32,000 nucleotides of DNA from Pseudomonas aeruginosa. GTDB lineage: Bacteria > Pseudomonadota > Gammaproteobacteria > Pseudomonadales > Pseudomonadaceae. Position numbers and translations under genes: made by a program. The stretch is taken from positions 6,180,001 through 6,212,000 of the forward strand of contig NZ_LN831024.1 in NCBI RefSeq assembly GCF_001457615.1, given 5' to 3'. Of this stretch, positions 19,943 through 27,476 are shown in pieces. The notes under the pieces were generated by a model. The model did no database searches. It was not told where the DNA came from and saw only the letters and a program-made list of their open reading frames with translations. How positions within the stretch are numbered: position 1 is the stretch's first letter; every line of letters starts with the position of its first letter.

Positions 19943-21081
19943 GCGGCAAACGCATCCTCGACATCGAACTGTTGCGCGGGCTGGCCGTGCTCGGCGTGGT
20001 ATTCCACCATCTGCACGGCAACCTGTTCAGCGGCTCCCCGGCACTGCTGGACGGCATCAACCAGCGCGTCCAGTTCTGGTGGGGCGTGGACCTGTTCTTC
20101 GCCATCTCCGGCTTCGTCATCGCCCGCACCCTCATCCCGCAACTGCGCGAGGCGCCCACACGCCAGGCATTCTGGGAACAGGCGCGGTACTTCTGGATCC
20201 GCCGCGCCTTCCGCCTGCTGCCCTCGGCCTGGCTGTGGCTGGCGCTGATCCTGGCCTGTTGCCTGCTGCTGAACCGCTCCGGAGCCTTCGGCAGCCTGTC
20301 GGCCAACCTCGCGGCGAGCCTCGCCGGTTTCCTCCAGGTCGCCAACTTCCGCTTCGCCGACAGTTTCTACCGCTACGAATACGGTGCCAGCTTCGTCTAC
20401 TGGAGCCTTTCCCTGGAGGAACAGTTCTACCTCCTGCTGCCGCTGCTGATCCTCTGCCTGCGTCGCTACCTGGGCTGGGCCCTGCTGGCGCTGGTGCTGG
20501 TCCAGTTCTTCAGCCTGCGCACGCCGCTGCTGATGGTATTGCGCACTGACGCCCTGGCCATCGGCGTACTGCTCGCCCTCGCCTCCCTGCAGCCTGGCTA
20601 TGCCCGCTGGAACCCCACCCTGCTGGGCCGCGCCTGGAGCGGGCCGTTGCTGCTGGCCGCCGTGGCCGCGGCCCTGGGCGTGCTGGCCAGCGAAGCGTAC
20701 AGCCTGGTCGCCGTGCGGATCGGCGCCATCGCGCTATTGTGCGGACTGCTGGTGTGGATAGCCTCCTACGACCGCGACTACCTGCTCTCCAACGGGCCGC
20801 TGAAGCGCTTGCTGGTCTGGGTCGGCGCGCGCTCCTATGCGATCTACCTGATCCACATCCCGGCGTTCTATCTCAGTCGCGAACTCTGCTTCCGCCTGGG
20901 CTGGGACGCCGGCGAGCGGCCCCTGTCGCTGCTCGGCACCAGCCTGGTCCTGATCGTCGTACTCAGCGAGCTCAACTACCGCTTCGTCGAGAGCCCCTGC
21001 CGCGACCTGGGCTCCCGCCTGGTCAAGCGCCTGAGCGCCGCCCGCCGCGTCGCCACCACTTCCGGAGCCACCTCATGCTGA
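19939..21081 (+). CDS. Acyltransferase family 3 (OafA/YrhL-type) membrane protein
   Basis: 380 aa; RILDIELLRGLAVLGVVFHHLHGNLF, WWGVDLFFAISGFVI, WSLSLEEQFYLLLPLL; many TM segments. Confidence 0.93.
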   Translation: MSGKRILDIELLRGLAVLGVVFHHLHGNLFSGSPALLDGINQRVQFWWGVDLFFAISGFVIARTLIPQLREAPTRQAFWEQARYFWIRRAFRLLPSAWLWLALILACCLLLNRSGAFGSLSANLAASLAGFLQVANFRFADSFYRYEYGASFVYWSLSLEEQFYLLLPLLILCLRRYLGWALLALVLVQFFSLRTPLLMVLRTDALAIGVLLALASLQPGYARWNPTLLGRAWSGPLLLAAVAAALGVLASEAYSLVAVRIGAIALLCGLLVWIASYDRDYLLSNGPLKRLLVWVGARSYAIYLIHIPAFYLSRELCFRLGWDAGERPLSLLGTSLVLIVVLSELNYRFVESPCRDLGSRLVKRLSAARRVATTSGATSC

Positions 21082-21911
21082 ACTTCCTCAAGAAGATCGT
21101 CTCGCCGCCCAGCCCCGCCACCGAGCCCGTCGCCGCGCCACCCGCCCCCGCGCCGGTCGACCCGTACATGCTCGGGTTGCGCGACGCGGTGCTCAGCGGC
21201 TGGTTCAACCAGGAGACCGACGAGCTGTTCAGCGGCTTTCCGATTTCCGCCGAGGACACCGTGCTCGACGTGGGGTGCGGCGACGGCGGCAACGTTCATT
21301 TCTGCGCCATGCGCGGCGCTCGCATCATCATCGCCGACATCGACGCGGAAAAGATCGCCAGGACCCGCGAGCGCCTGGCCGATACCCCGGCCCGCGAACT
21401 GGAATGCCTGGTCAGCGACTGCGACCCGTTGCCCCTGGCTGACGCCACGGCCACCCGGGTGGTCTCCACCGAGGTCATCGAGCACGTCGACGATCCGCGG
21501 CAGTTCCTCGCCGAGCTGGTACGGGTCGGCCAGCCCGGCGCACTCTATCTGCTCAGCGTGCCGCATCCCACGTCGGAAGACCTGCAGAAGGACTTCGCCG
21601 CCGACGAATACTTCCGCAAGCCCAACCACATCCGCGTGCTCGGCGAGGAGCAGTTCGCCGCACTGGTGCGCGAAGCCGGCCTGGAAATCCTCAGCCACAG
21701 CCGCTACGGCTTCTACTGGTCGCTGTGGATGCTGCTGTTCTGGGAGGCCAAGGTCGATTTCGGCAATCCCGACCATCCCCTCCTCGAACACTGGGCCAGG
21801 ACCTGGCAGGCGCTGCTCGACTCGCCGCGCGGCCCGGCCATCAAGCAGGCCCTGGACGCCGTGGTCGCCAAGAGCCAGGTGATCATCGCGCGCAAGCCCG
21901 CTCAGGCGTAG
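21075..21911 (+). CDS. SAM-dependent methyltransferase (paralogue of 19079-19942)
   Basis: 278 aa from MLNFLKKIVSPPSPATEPV; DTVLDVGCGDGGNVHFCAMRGARI, VVSTEVIEHVDDPRQFLAELVRVGQPGALYLLSVPHP. The track start at 20739 is artefactual. Confidence 0.9.
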   Translation: MLNFLKKIVSPPSPATEPVAAPPAPAPVDPYMLGLRDAVLSGWFNQETDELFSGFPISAEDTVLDVGCGDGGNVHFCAMRGARIIIADIDAEKIARTRERLADTPARELECLVSDCDPLPLADATATRVVSTEVIEHVDDPRQFLAELVRVGQPGALYLLSVPHPTSEDLQKDFAADEYFRKPNHIRVLGEEQFAALVREAGLEILSHSRYGFYWSLWMLLFWEAKVDFGNPDHPLLEHWARTWQALLDSPRGPAIKQALDAVVAKSQVIIARKPAQA

Positions 21912-21941
21912 AACCACCGGAACAGTTCCGCTACAGCCGGG

Positions 21942-21974
21942 CGGAACAGTTGCCGGGGCCACCGAACTGTTCCG
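21942..21974. terminator. 10-bp inverted repeat downstream of the CPA-associated cluster
   Basis: CGGAACAGTT (21942-21951), 13-nt loop, AACTGTTCCG (21965-21974). A further GGAACAGTT copy lies at 21919-21927. Confidence 0.5.
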
Positions 21975-22073
21975 TCCAACTCCCGCGTGGTTGCCCCTGA
22001 GCAAGCCAGCGGTCCCGGCGCATCATGAGGTTCCACACCCCGCCCCCATCCCCGGGATGGGAAGGAACGCACG

Positions 22074-22286
22074 ATGAGGACATCCCCGCACCCGCACGCC
22101 GGGAGTTCCAGCGGTCTCCCGGCCGCCCATCCACATCTCGCCGCCCTGTTGGAAAAATTGAATTCCTGGCGACAAAACGCTCGATCGCGCAAGCATCTTG
22201 CGCAAATGTCCGAACACGACCTCGCCGACCTGGCGATCAGCCCGAGCGAACGCTACGTAGAGATTTCGAAACCTTTCTGGCGCTGA
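22074..22286 (+). CDS. DUF1127-domain small protein
   Basis: 70 aa; LNSWRQNARSRKHLAQMSEHDLADLAISPSERYVEISKPFWR resembles the DUF1127 protein at 6475-6678; preceded by AAGGAA. Confidence 0.7.
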   Translation: MRTSPHPHAGSSSGLPAAHPHLAALLEKLNSWRQNARSRKHLAQMSEHDLADLAISPSERYVEISKPFWR

Positions 22287-22319
22287 GCCGCTGGTGACGT
22301 GGCGCACAGTTGGTTAGTC

Positions 22320-22361
22320 TCAGCGTTGACACGGCCGCGCGGATGCGGCCGTCTACGCTGA
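22320..22361. terminator. Two-tier hairpin between the DUF1127 and first DUF2388 genes
   Basis: Outer TCAGCGT/ACGCTGA (22320-22326, 22355-22361) and inner ACGGCCGC/GCGGCCGT (22331-22338, 22345-22352) with a 6-nt loop. Confidence 0.55.
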
Positions 22362-22381
22362 CTTCGTTCGGAGCAACTCAC

Positions 22382-22699
22382 ATGAAACGTCTGCGCCTGA
22401 TCGGTGCCGCTGCCCTGCTCGCCTGCGCCTCCAGCGCGTTCGCCAGCAGCTTCGTGGTCACCACGGATACTCTGGTCCGCGCCACCGGCATGACCTCCAA
22501 TGCCACTTCGGACATCACCAATTCCTTCCGCGACGACAAGATCGTCCTCGAAGCGCGCGACGACGCCGCCAGCTTCGTCGCCAGCCAGGGCGACATCCGC
22601 GGTTCGCACCTGGAAGCCGCACTGCGCCACATCCGTGGCAAGCTGCCGAGCCTGGCCGCCAACGACATGCAACTGGCCCAGGCGATCCTGACCATCTGA
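22382..22699 (+). CDS. DUF2388-family secreted small protein, copy 1
   Basis: 105 aa; signal peptide MKRLRLIGAAALLACASSAFA then LEARDDAASFVASQGDIRGSHLEAALRHIRGKLP...MQLAQAILTI. Confidence 0.88.
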   Translation: MKRLRLIGAAALLACASSAFASSFVVTTDTLVRATGMTSNATSDITNSFRDDKIVLEARDDAASFVASQGDIRGSHLEAALRHIRGKLPSLAANDMQLAQAILTI

Positions 22700-22713
22700 G
22701 TCGCCCGCCCCGC

Positions 22714-22737
22714 CGCCGCAGCCGCCCGGCTGCGGCG
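22714..22737. terminator. Perfect 10-bp GC-rich hairpin between DUF2388 copies 1 and 2
   Basis: CGCCGCAGCC (22714-22723), loop GCCC, GGCTGCGGCG (22728-22737), starting 14 bp after the stop codon. Confidence 0.55.
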
Positions 22738-22823
22738 ATGACCTGGCCGACCGGCCACACTGGCTCCGCGCCGCACATTCCGTTAGCCTTGGCGGCTGTT
22801 CCAGTCCTATTCCGCCCAACCCC

Positions 22824-23117
22824 ATGCGTTACCGGTTCTCGTTGCTCTTCTGTTGCCTGCTGGCGCCCGCTGCGCACGCCTTCGATACCACGACGGCGTT
22901 CACCGCGAAGTCCCTTTACGTCACCAGCAAGCTGACCAGCACGCCGTTCGAGAACAAATTGTTACGCGATGCCCGGGGCGATGCGGCCAGCTTCGTCGCC
23001 AGCGATGGCAGCATCCGTGGTGCGCGCCTGGAAGCGGCGCTGCGCTGGTTGCGTGTCGCGCACCCCGAGCTGGCGGCCAGCGATCAGGAACTGGCCGAAG
23101 CAATTCTTGCCCAATAG
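22824..23117 (+). CDS. DUF2388-family secreted small protein, copy 2
   Basis: 97 aa; signal peptide MRYRFSLLFCCLLAPAAHA then ARGDAASFVASDGSIRGARLEAALRWLRVAHPELAASDQELAEAILAQ. Confidence 0.88.
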   Translation: MRYRFSLLFCCLLAPAAHAFDTTTAFTAKSLYVTSKLTSTPFENKLLRDARGDAASFVASDGSIRGARLEAALRWLRVAHPELAASDQELAEAILAQ

Positions 23118-23145
23118 GCGATCACCACCGTTCCGGAGAACCTCC

Positions 23146-23481
23146 ATGCGCCGTAGCTCCATGCGTCATAGCCCCCTGTTCGCCGCCCTGCTGCTGGCGC
23201 TCTGCGCCACGGCCGCGGAAGCACGCTCGGTGGTCGCGACCAGCAATATCATCGTCCGCGCCCTCGACCGCAGCATCGACTTCACTTCCGACACCACCAC
23301 TTCCGTGCGCGACATGAAAGTGGTCACCGAGGCGCGCGACGACGCCGCCAGTTTCGTCGCCAGCGACGGCGCCATTCGCGGCGCCCAGCTGGAAGCCGCG
23401 ATGCGGACCCTGCGCAGCCGTCTGCCGGAAGCCCGTGAAGCCTCCGACCAGGTACTTGCCGAAGCCATTCTCGCCCTGTGA
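23146..23481 (+). CDS. DUF2388-family secreted small protein, copy 3
   Basis: 111 aa; MRRSSMRHSPLFAALLLALCATAAEA signal then EARDDAASFVASDGAIRGAQLEAAMRTLRSRLPEAREASDQVLAEAILAL. The track start at 22969 is artefactual. Confidence 0.88.
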   Translation: MRRSSMRHSPLFAALLLALCATAAEARSVVATSNIIVRALDRSIDFTSDTTTSVRDMKVVTEARDDAASFVASDGAIRGAQLEAAMRTLRSRLPEAREASDQVLAEAILAL

Positions 23482-25436
23482 GGAAGGCCTGCGCCTGGCT
23501 GCTGGCGCTGGCCCTCTGCGGAGCCGGCAACGCGACGGCGGCCCTGCGCCTGAAACTCGACGCGCCTGGGCTGGACCCTGCGCAGCGCGAGGCCAGCCAG
23601 CAACTCTTGGACGATGCCGCGGACAAGCTGCCGCCGGCCTTCCGCGAACGCCTGGACCGCGAGATCGAGGTCGAGTGGCGCGACGACCTGCCCGCCAACG
23701 GCATGGGCCAGGCCCGTGGCCCGCAGCGCATCGCGCTGAACCGCAAGTACCTGGCCGATCTCACCGACGGCAGCGCCGCCAGCCGCCAGACCGGGCGCGT
23801 GCACGGCACCGAGCGGCGCGAGCTGCTGGCGACCCTGCTGCACGAGCTGACCCACGTCTACGATCGCGCGCGCCTGTGGTCGGCGGAGGAAAAACGCGAG
23901 ATCCGCCGCTGCACGCGCCAGGAAGAAACCCTCGGCCGGATCGCCCAGCCCACCGATTGCCGCGGGCAGAGCGGTCGCCGCTTCACGCTCTCCGACGACC
24001 CGCGCCTGCTCGATCTCGCCGGCTGGCCGCAGCGCGCCGGCCAGCGCGGGCGGCGCGAGGCGCACAATGGCTTCGTACTGCGCAGCCCGGACGTCTACGA
24101 GCTGAGCAATCCGCGCGAGTTCGTCGCGGTGAACATGGAGTACTTCCTCCTCGATCCCAGCTACGCCTGCCGCCGCCCGGCGCTCTACCGCTACTACCAG
24201 CAACGCTTCGGCTGGGCGCCGGAACACAGTGCCTGTGCGCAGAGCTTCGCCTACCTCAACGCCGGCCGCGACTTCGGCCAGCAGCCGCTGGGCCAGCTCG
24301 ACCCCGAGCGGGTCTACGAGGTCGACTACCTGCTGGCCGAGGCCAACGACAACCTGGTCAGCCGCTGGGGCCACACCATGCTCCGCCTGGTGATCTGCGC
24401 CCCCGGCCGGCCGCGTGGGCCGGACTGCCGGCTGGACCTCGACCAGCATCTGGTGCTGTCCTACCGCGCCTTCGTCGGCGACCTGCAATTGTCCAGCTGG
24501 GACGGCCTGACCGGCGCCTATCCGTCGCGCCTGTTCGTCCTGCCGCTGTCGCAGGTGATCGAGGAATACACCAAGGTCGAGCTGCGCAGCCTCGCCTCGG
24601 TGCCGCTGAAGCTGGACCGCGAGGAGGTCGCCAGCCTGGTCGAGCGCGCCGCGCAGAGTCACTGGAGCTACGACGGCCAGTACTACTTCATCTCCAACAA
24701 TTGCGCGGTGGAAACCCTCAAGCTTCTGCGCAGCGGCATCCCCCGGCGACCGCTGCAAAGCCTGGACAGCATCACCCCCTACGGCGTGCTCGAGATGCTG
24801 GAGAACCGCAAGCTGGCCGATCCCAGTGTGCTCGACGACCCCAAGGAAGCCCTGCGCCTGGGCTACCGCTTCGACTCCTTCCGCGACCGCTACCAGGCGA
24901 TGTTCGACGTGCTCAAGCAGCGCCTGCACATTCCCCAGGACAAGGTCGAGGACTGGCTGGCGCTGCCGGCCAGGGAGCGCCAGCCCTGGTTCGCCAAGGC
25001 CGACCTGCGCGCCAGCGCGGCGCTGCTGCTGCTCGAGCAGGCCTCGCTGCGGCGCCAGCTGCTGCTCGCCCAGGACGAGTTGAAGCGCCTGTACCTCGGC
25101 CACCTGGACAAGCCGGCCGGCGACCAGCGCCTGGAAGTGGCCGGCAAGACCTTCCAGCAGATCCTCGACGACAGCGGCTTCCTCAGTCGTCCGGCGGAAC
25201 TCCTGGAGGGCGGCTACGGCCTGCCGCAGGCCGCCGAGTGGAAGCACCTGGAAGAGCAGACCCGCGAACGCCAGGCGCGCCTGCGCCGGCTCAGCGACGA
25301 CCTCGACCGCGAGGTCCGCGCCCTGCTCGATCCCGAGCGCCGCGCCGAGCTGGAAGCCAACGAGGCCAACATCAAGGAGGTCGGCGCGCACCTGCGCGAG
25401 CTGCACAAGGCGGCCGGCGGGCTGATGCTGCCCTGA
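23478..25436 (+). CDS. DUF4105-containing exported protein with N-terminal HExxH (zincin-like) region
   Basis: 652 aa with signal peptide MRKACAWLLALALCGAGNATA; LLATLLHELTHVYDRA (HELTH at 23841-23855), NPREFVAVNMEYFLLDP, then SRWGHTMLRLVI...YYFISNNCAVETLKLL typical of DUF4105. GTG start overlaps the DUF2388 copy 3 stop (GTGA). Confidence 0.85.
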   Translation: MRKACAWLLALALCGAGNATAALRLKLDAPGLDPAQREASQQLLDDAADKLPPAFRERLDREIEVEWRDDLPANGMGQARGPQRIALNRKYLADLTDGSAASRQTGRVHGTERRELLATLLHELTHVYDRARLWSAEEKREIRRCTRQEETLGRIAQPTDCRGQSGRRFTLSDDPRLLDLAGWPQRAGQRGRREAHNGFVLRSPDVYELSNPREFVAVNMEYFLLDPSYACRRPALYRYYQQRFGWAPEHSACAQSFAYLNAGRDFGQQPLGQLDPERVYEVDYLLAEANDNLVSRWGHTMLRLVICAPGRPRGPDCRLDLDQHLVLSYRAFVGDLQLSSWDGLTGAYPSRLFVLPLSQVIEEYTKVELRSLASVPLKLDREEVASLVERAAQSHWSYDGQYYFISNNCAVETLKLLRSGIPRRPLQSLDSITPYGVLEMLENRKLADPSVLDDPKEALRLGYRFDSFRDRYQAMFDVLKQRLHIPQDKVEDWLALPARERQPWFAKADLRASAALLLLEQASLRRQLLLAQDELKRLYLGHLDKPAGDQRLEVAGKTFQQILDDSGFLSRPAELLEGGYGLPQAAEWKHLEEQTRERQARLRRLSDDLDREVRALLDPERRAELEANEANIKEVGAHLRELHKAAGGLMLP

Positions 25437-25490
25437 GGGAGGCGCCTGCAGGACGCATGGTCCCGAGCGCTCTTTCAGCGCCTCGCAGAC

Positions 25491-25517
25491 GGCGGATAAC
25501 GCTCTGCGTTATTCGCC
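25491..25517. repeat. REP-like intergenic palindrome
   Basis: GGCGGATAACGC-TCT-GCGTTATTCGCC with one mismatch, followed by CTACAG; resembles the widespread P. aeruginosa 'GGATAACGC...GCGTTATCC..CCTACG' intergenic element. Confidence 0.6.
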
Positions 25518-25543
25518 CTACAGGTGCCACCTCCGGTCTTCGC

Positions 25544-25963
25544 TCACGGGTCGTCCGCTCCGGCGATGAACTCCTCGTCCTCTTCGGGCAACTGCGGGTC
25601 GAGGTGTAGCCATGGCAGGCGGCTGCCGACCCAGATGTGCCGGTTGGCGGGGGCGCGCTCGGGATGGTCGAGGCTGGCCACGGTGAAGTCCAGGGTATCG
25701 GCGCTGAGCCGGGTGAACAACGCCAGGTTGGCCCCGCAACGCGGGCAGAAGTAGCGCGTGCAGCTGGCCGACGAGGCATATTCCGCCGGTTCGCCCGCCA
25801 GCCAGCGGAACGCCGCGCGCGGCACCGTGGCCCAGGTGGTGACGATGCCGCCTGTGGTGCGCCGGCAGATCGAGCAGTGGCAGTGAGCGACATCGTCCAG
25901 CGGCGCGGCGACGGCGTAGCGCAGATAGCCGCAATGGCAACCGCCGGTATGGGTCTCGGGCAT
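25544..25963 (-). CDS. GFA (glutathione-dependent formaldehyde-activating enzyme-like, Mss4-fold) family protein
   Basis: 139 aa from MPETHTGGCHCGYLRYAV; HCHCSICRRTTGG and YFCPRCGANL zinc-binding pattern. The track start 26029 is upstream in frame. Confidence 0.87.
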   Translation of the reverse strand: MPETHTGGCHCGYLRYAVAAPLDDVAHCHCSICRRTTGGIVTTWATVPRAAFRWLAGEPAEYASSASCTRYFCPRCGANLALFTRLSADTLDFTVASLDHPERAPANRHIWVGSRLPWLHLDPQLPEEDEEFIAGADDP

Positions 25964-26030
25964 GGCGAATCCTCCTCGCGGGAGTGCCAGCATAAGCCGG
26001 ACTTGCCCTGTGCCGCAGCCACCTCGCAAG

Positions 26031-26975
26031 ATGAGCGGATTCCACTATCCGGGGGTGCCCGTGACCGCTCTGCTCTACTCCCTCTGGCCGCTGTTCGCCC
26101 TCATCGTCGGCGGTTACGCCCTGCGCCGCTGGGACTTTCCCGGCGAAGCCTTCTGGCCTGCCGCAGAACGCCTGAACTACTTCATCCTGTTTCCCGCGCT
26201 GCTGTTCAGCAACCTGGCGACCGCGCCGCTGGACGACCCCGGCCTGGCCCGCCAGGCCCTGGCCGTACTGCTCGGGCTCGGCGTCGCCTGGCTCGCCCTG
26301 CTGCTCTGCAAGCGCTGGCGCGGCTGGGACGCCGGGCGCTTCGGCGCCATCGCCCAGGGCGTATTGCGCTTCAACACCTATCTCGGCCTGGCCGCGGTCG
26401 GCAGCCTGTACGGCAAGCCGGGCCTGACCCTGGCCGCGCTGATGCTGGCGCTGATGGTGCCGACGGTGAACGTGATGTCGGTCTGGGCGCTGACCGCCGA
26501 GCGCGGCATCAGCCTGCGCGCGCTGCTGCTGCCGATCCTGAAGAACCCGCTGATCCTCGCCTGCCTCGCCGGCGCACTGGTCAACCTGGCCGGCGTCGGC
26601 CTGCCCGGCGGCAGCGATCGCCTGCTCAACCTGCTGGCGGTGGCCAGCCTGCCGCTGGGCCTGCTGTGCGTCGGCGCGGCGCTGAAACCCCAGGAACTCG
26701 GCGGCGAAGTCGCGGCCCTTGGCTGGAACTGCGCGGCGCGGCTGCTGGCGATGCCCCTGCTGGCCTTCGCCATCGCTCGCGGGCTGGGCCTGCCGAGCAT
26801 GGAAAGCGCCGTGCTGGTACTGTTCTTCGCCCTGCCGACGGCGCCCACCGCCTATGTGCTGACCCGCCAACTGGGCGGCGACGGCCACCTGATGGCGGGC
26901 ATCATTACCTTGCAAACGCTGCTTTCCGGCGCCACTCTGGTCGGCGTACTCCTCGTGCTGCAAGGAAGCCCATGA
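26031..26975 (+). CDS. AEC-family (auxin efflux carrier/malonate-type) permease
   Basis: Many TM segments; LYSLWPLFALIVGGYALRR, RFNTYLGLAAVGSLYG, FFALPTAPTAYVLTRQLGGDGHLMAGIITLQTLLS. Start may be ATG 26031 or GTG 26061. Confidence 0.85.
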   Translation: MSGFHYPGVPVTALLYSLWPLFALIVGGYALRRWDFPGEAFWPAAERLNYFILFPALLFSNLATAPLDDPGLARQALAVLLGLGVAWLALLLCKRWRGWDAGRFGAIAQGVLRFNTYLGLAAVGSLYGKPGLTLAALMLALMVPTVNVMSVWALTAERGISLRALLLPILKNPLILACLAGALVNLAGVGLPGGSDRLLNLLAVASLPLGLLCVGAALKPQELGGEVAALGWNCAARLLAMPLLAFAIARGLGLPSMESAVLVLFFALPTAPTAYVLTRQLGGDGHLMAGIITLQTLLSGATLVGVLLVLQGSP

Positions 26976-27334
26976 CGACAGGACGCGTCGCCGCCGCCCT
27001 CACGGCGCTCTGCCTGCTCTGCCAACCGGCCTTCGGTTTCATCAAGGTGTTTCCCGAATTCGACGACGAACCCGGCGCCGCCACCTTCTTCTGGGCGGCC
27101 GTCACCACCGTCGGCCCGTTCATCGGCAGCACCGTCAGCGCACAGGAGTCCAGCGCTGACGAGGGCGACAAGCTCGTCCAGGCGCGGGACGACGCCGCCA
27201 GCTTCGTCGCCAGCGACGGTGCGATCCGTGGCGCGTACCTCCAGGCAGCCTTGCAGGTCCTGCGCCAAGCCCCGGAATACGCCGGGTACAGCGACCTGCA
27301 ACTGGCCGCGGCGCTCCTCGCGCGGCAGCCCTGA
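26972..27334 (+). CDS. DUF2388-family secreted small protein, copy 4
   Basis: 120 aa; MTTGRVAAALTALCLLCQPAFG signal then VQARDDAASFVASDGAIRGAYLQAALQVLRQ...YSDLQLAAALLARQP. ATGA overlap with the permease gene. Confidence 0.87.
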   Translation: MTTGRVAAALTALCLLCQPAFGFIKVFPEFDDEPGAATFFWAAVTTVGPFIGSTVSAQESSADEGDKLVQARDDAASFVASDGAIRGAYLQAALQVLRQAPEYAGYSDLQLAAALLARQP

Positions 27335-27476
27335 TCGACCATATATCCGAAATTACCCGCACGTTTCCCGCCGTTATCCAGCGAAAGCTGCCTGAAAGCT
27401 TCCCGCCGTAGCATCCGCCCACCACCGGCAGAAGACCGGACACGACGGCGCGCCCACGAGACGCCCGCTTACCCGT

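Noticed and set aside
22969-23145. Long N-terminus on DUF2388 copy 3
   Set aside because: The extension overlaps copy 2 out of frame; the signal peptide begins at the ATG at 23146.
23166-25406. 746-aa minus-strand ORF and the 724-aa ORF 23435..25609
   Set aside because: Both are shadow frames of the DUF4105 gene, compositionally biased, with no motifs.
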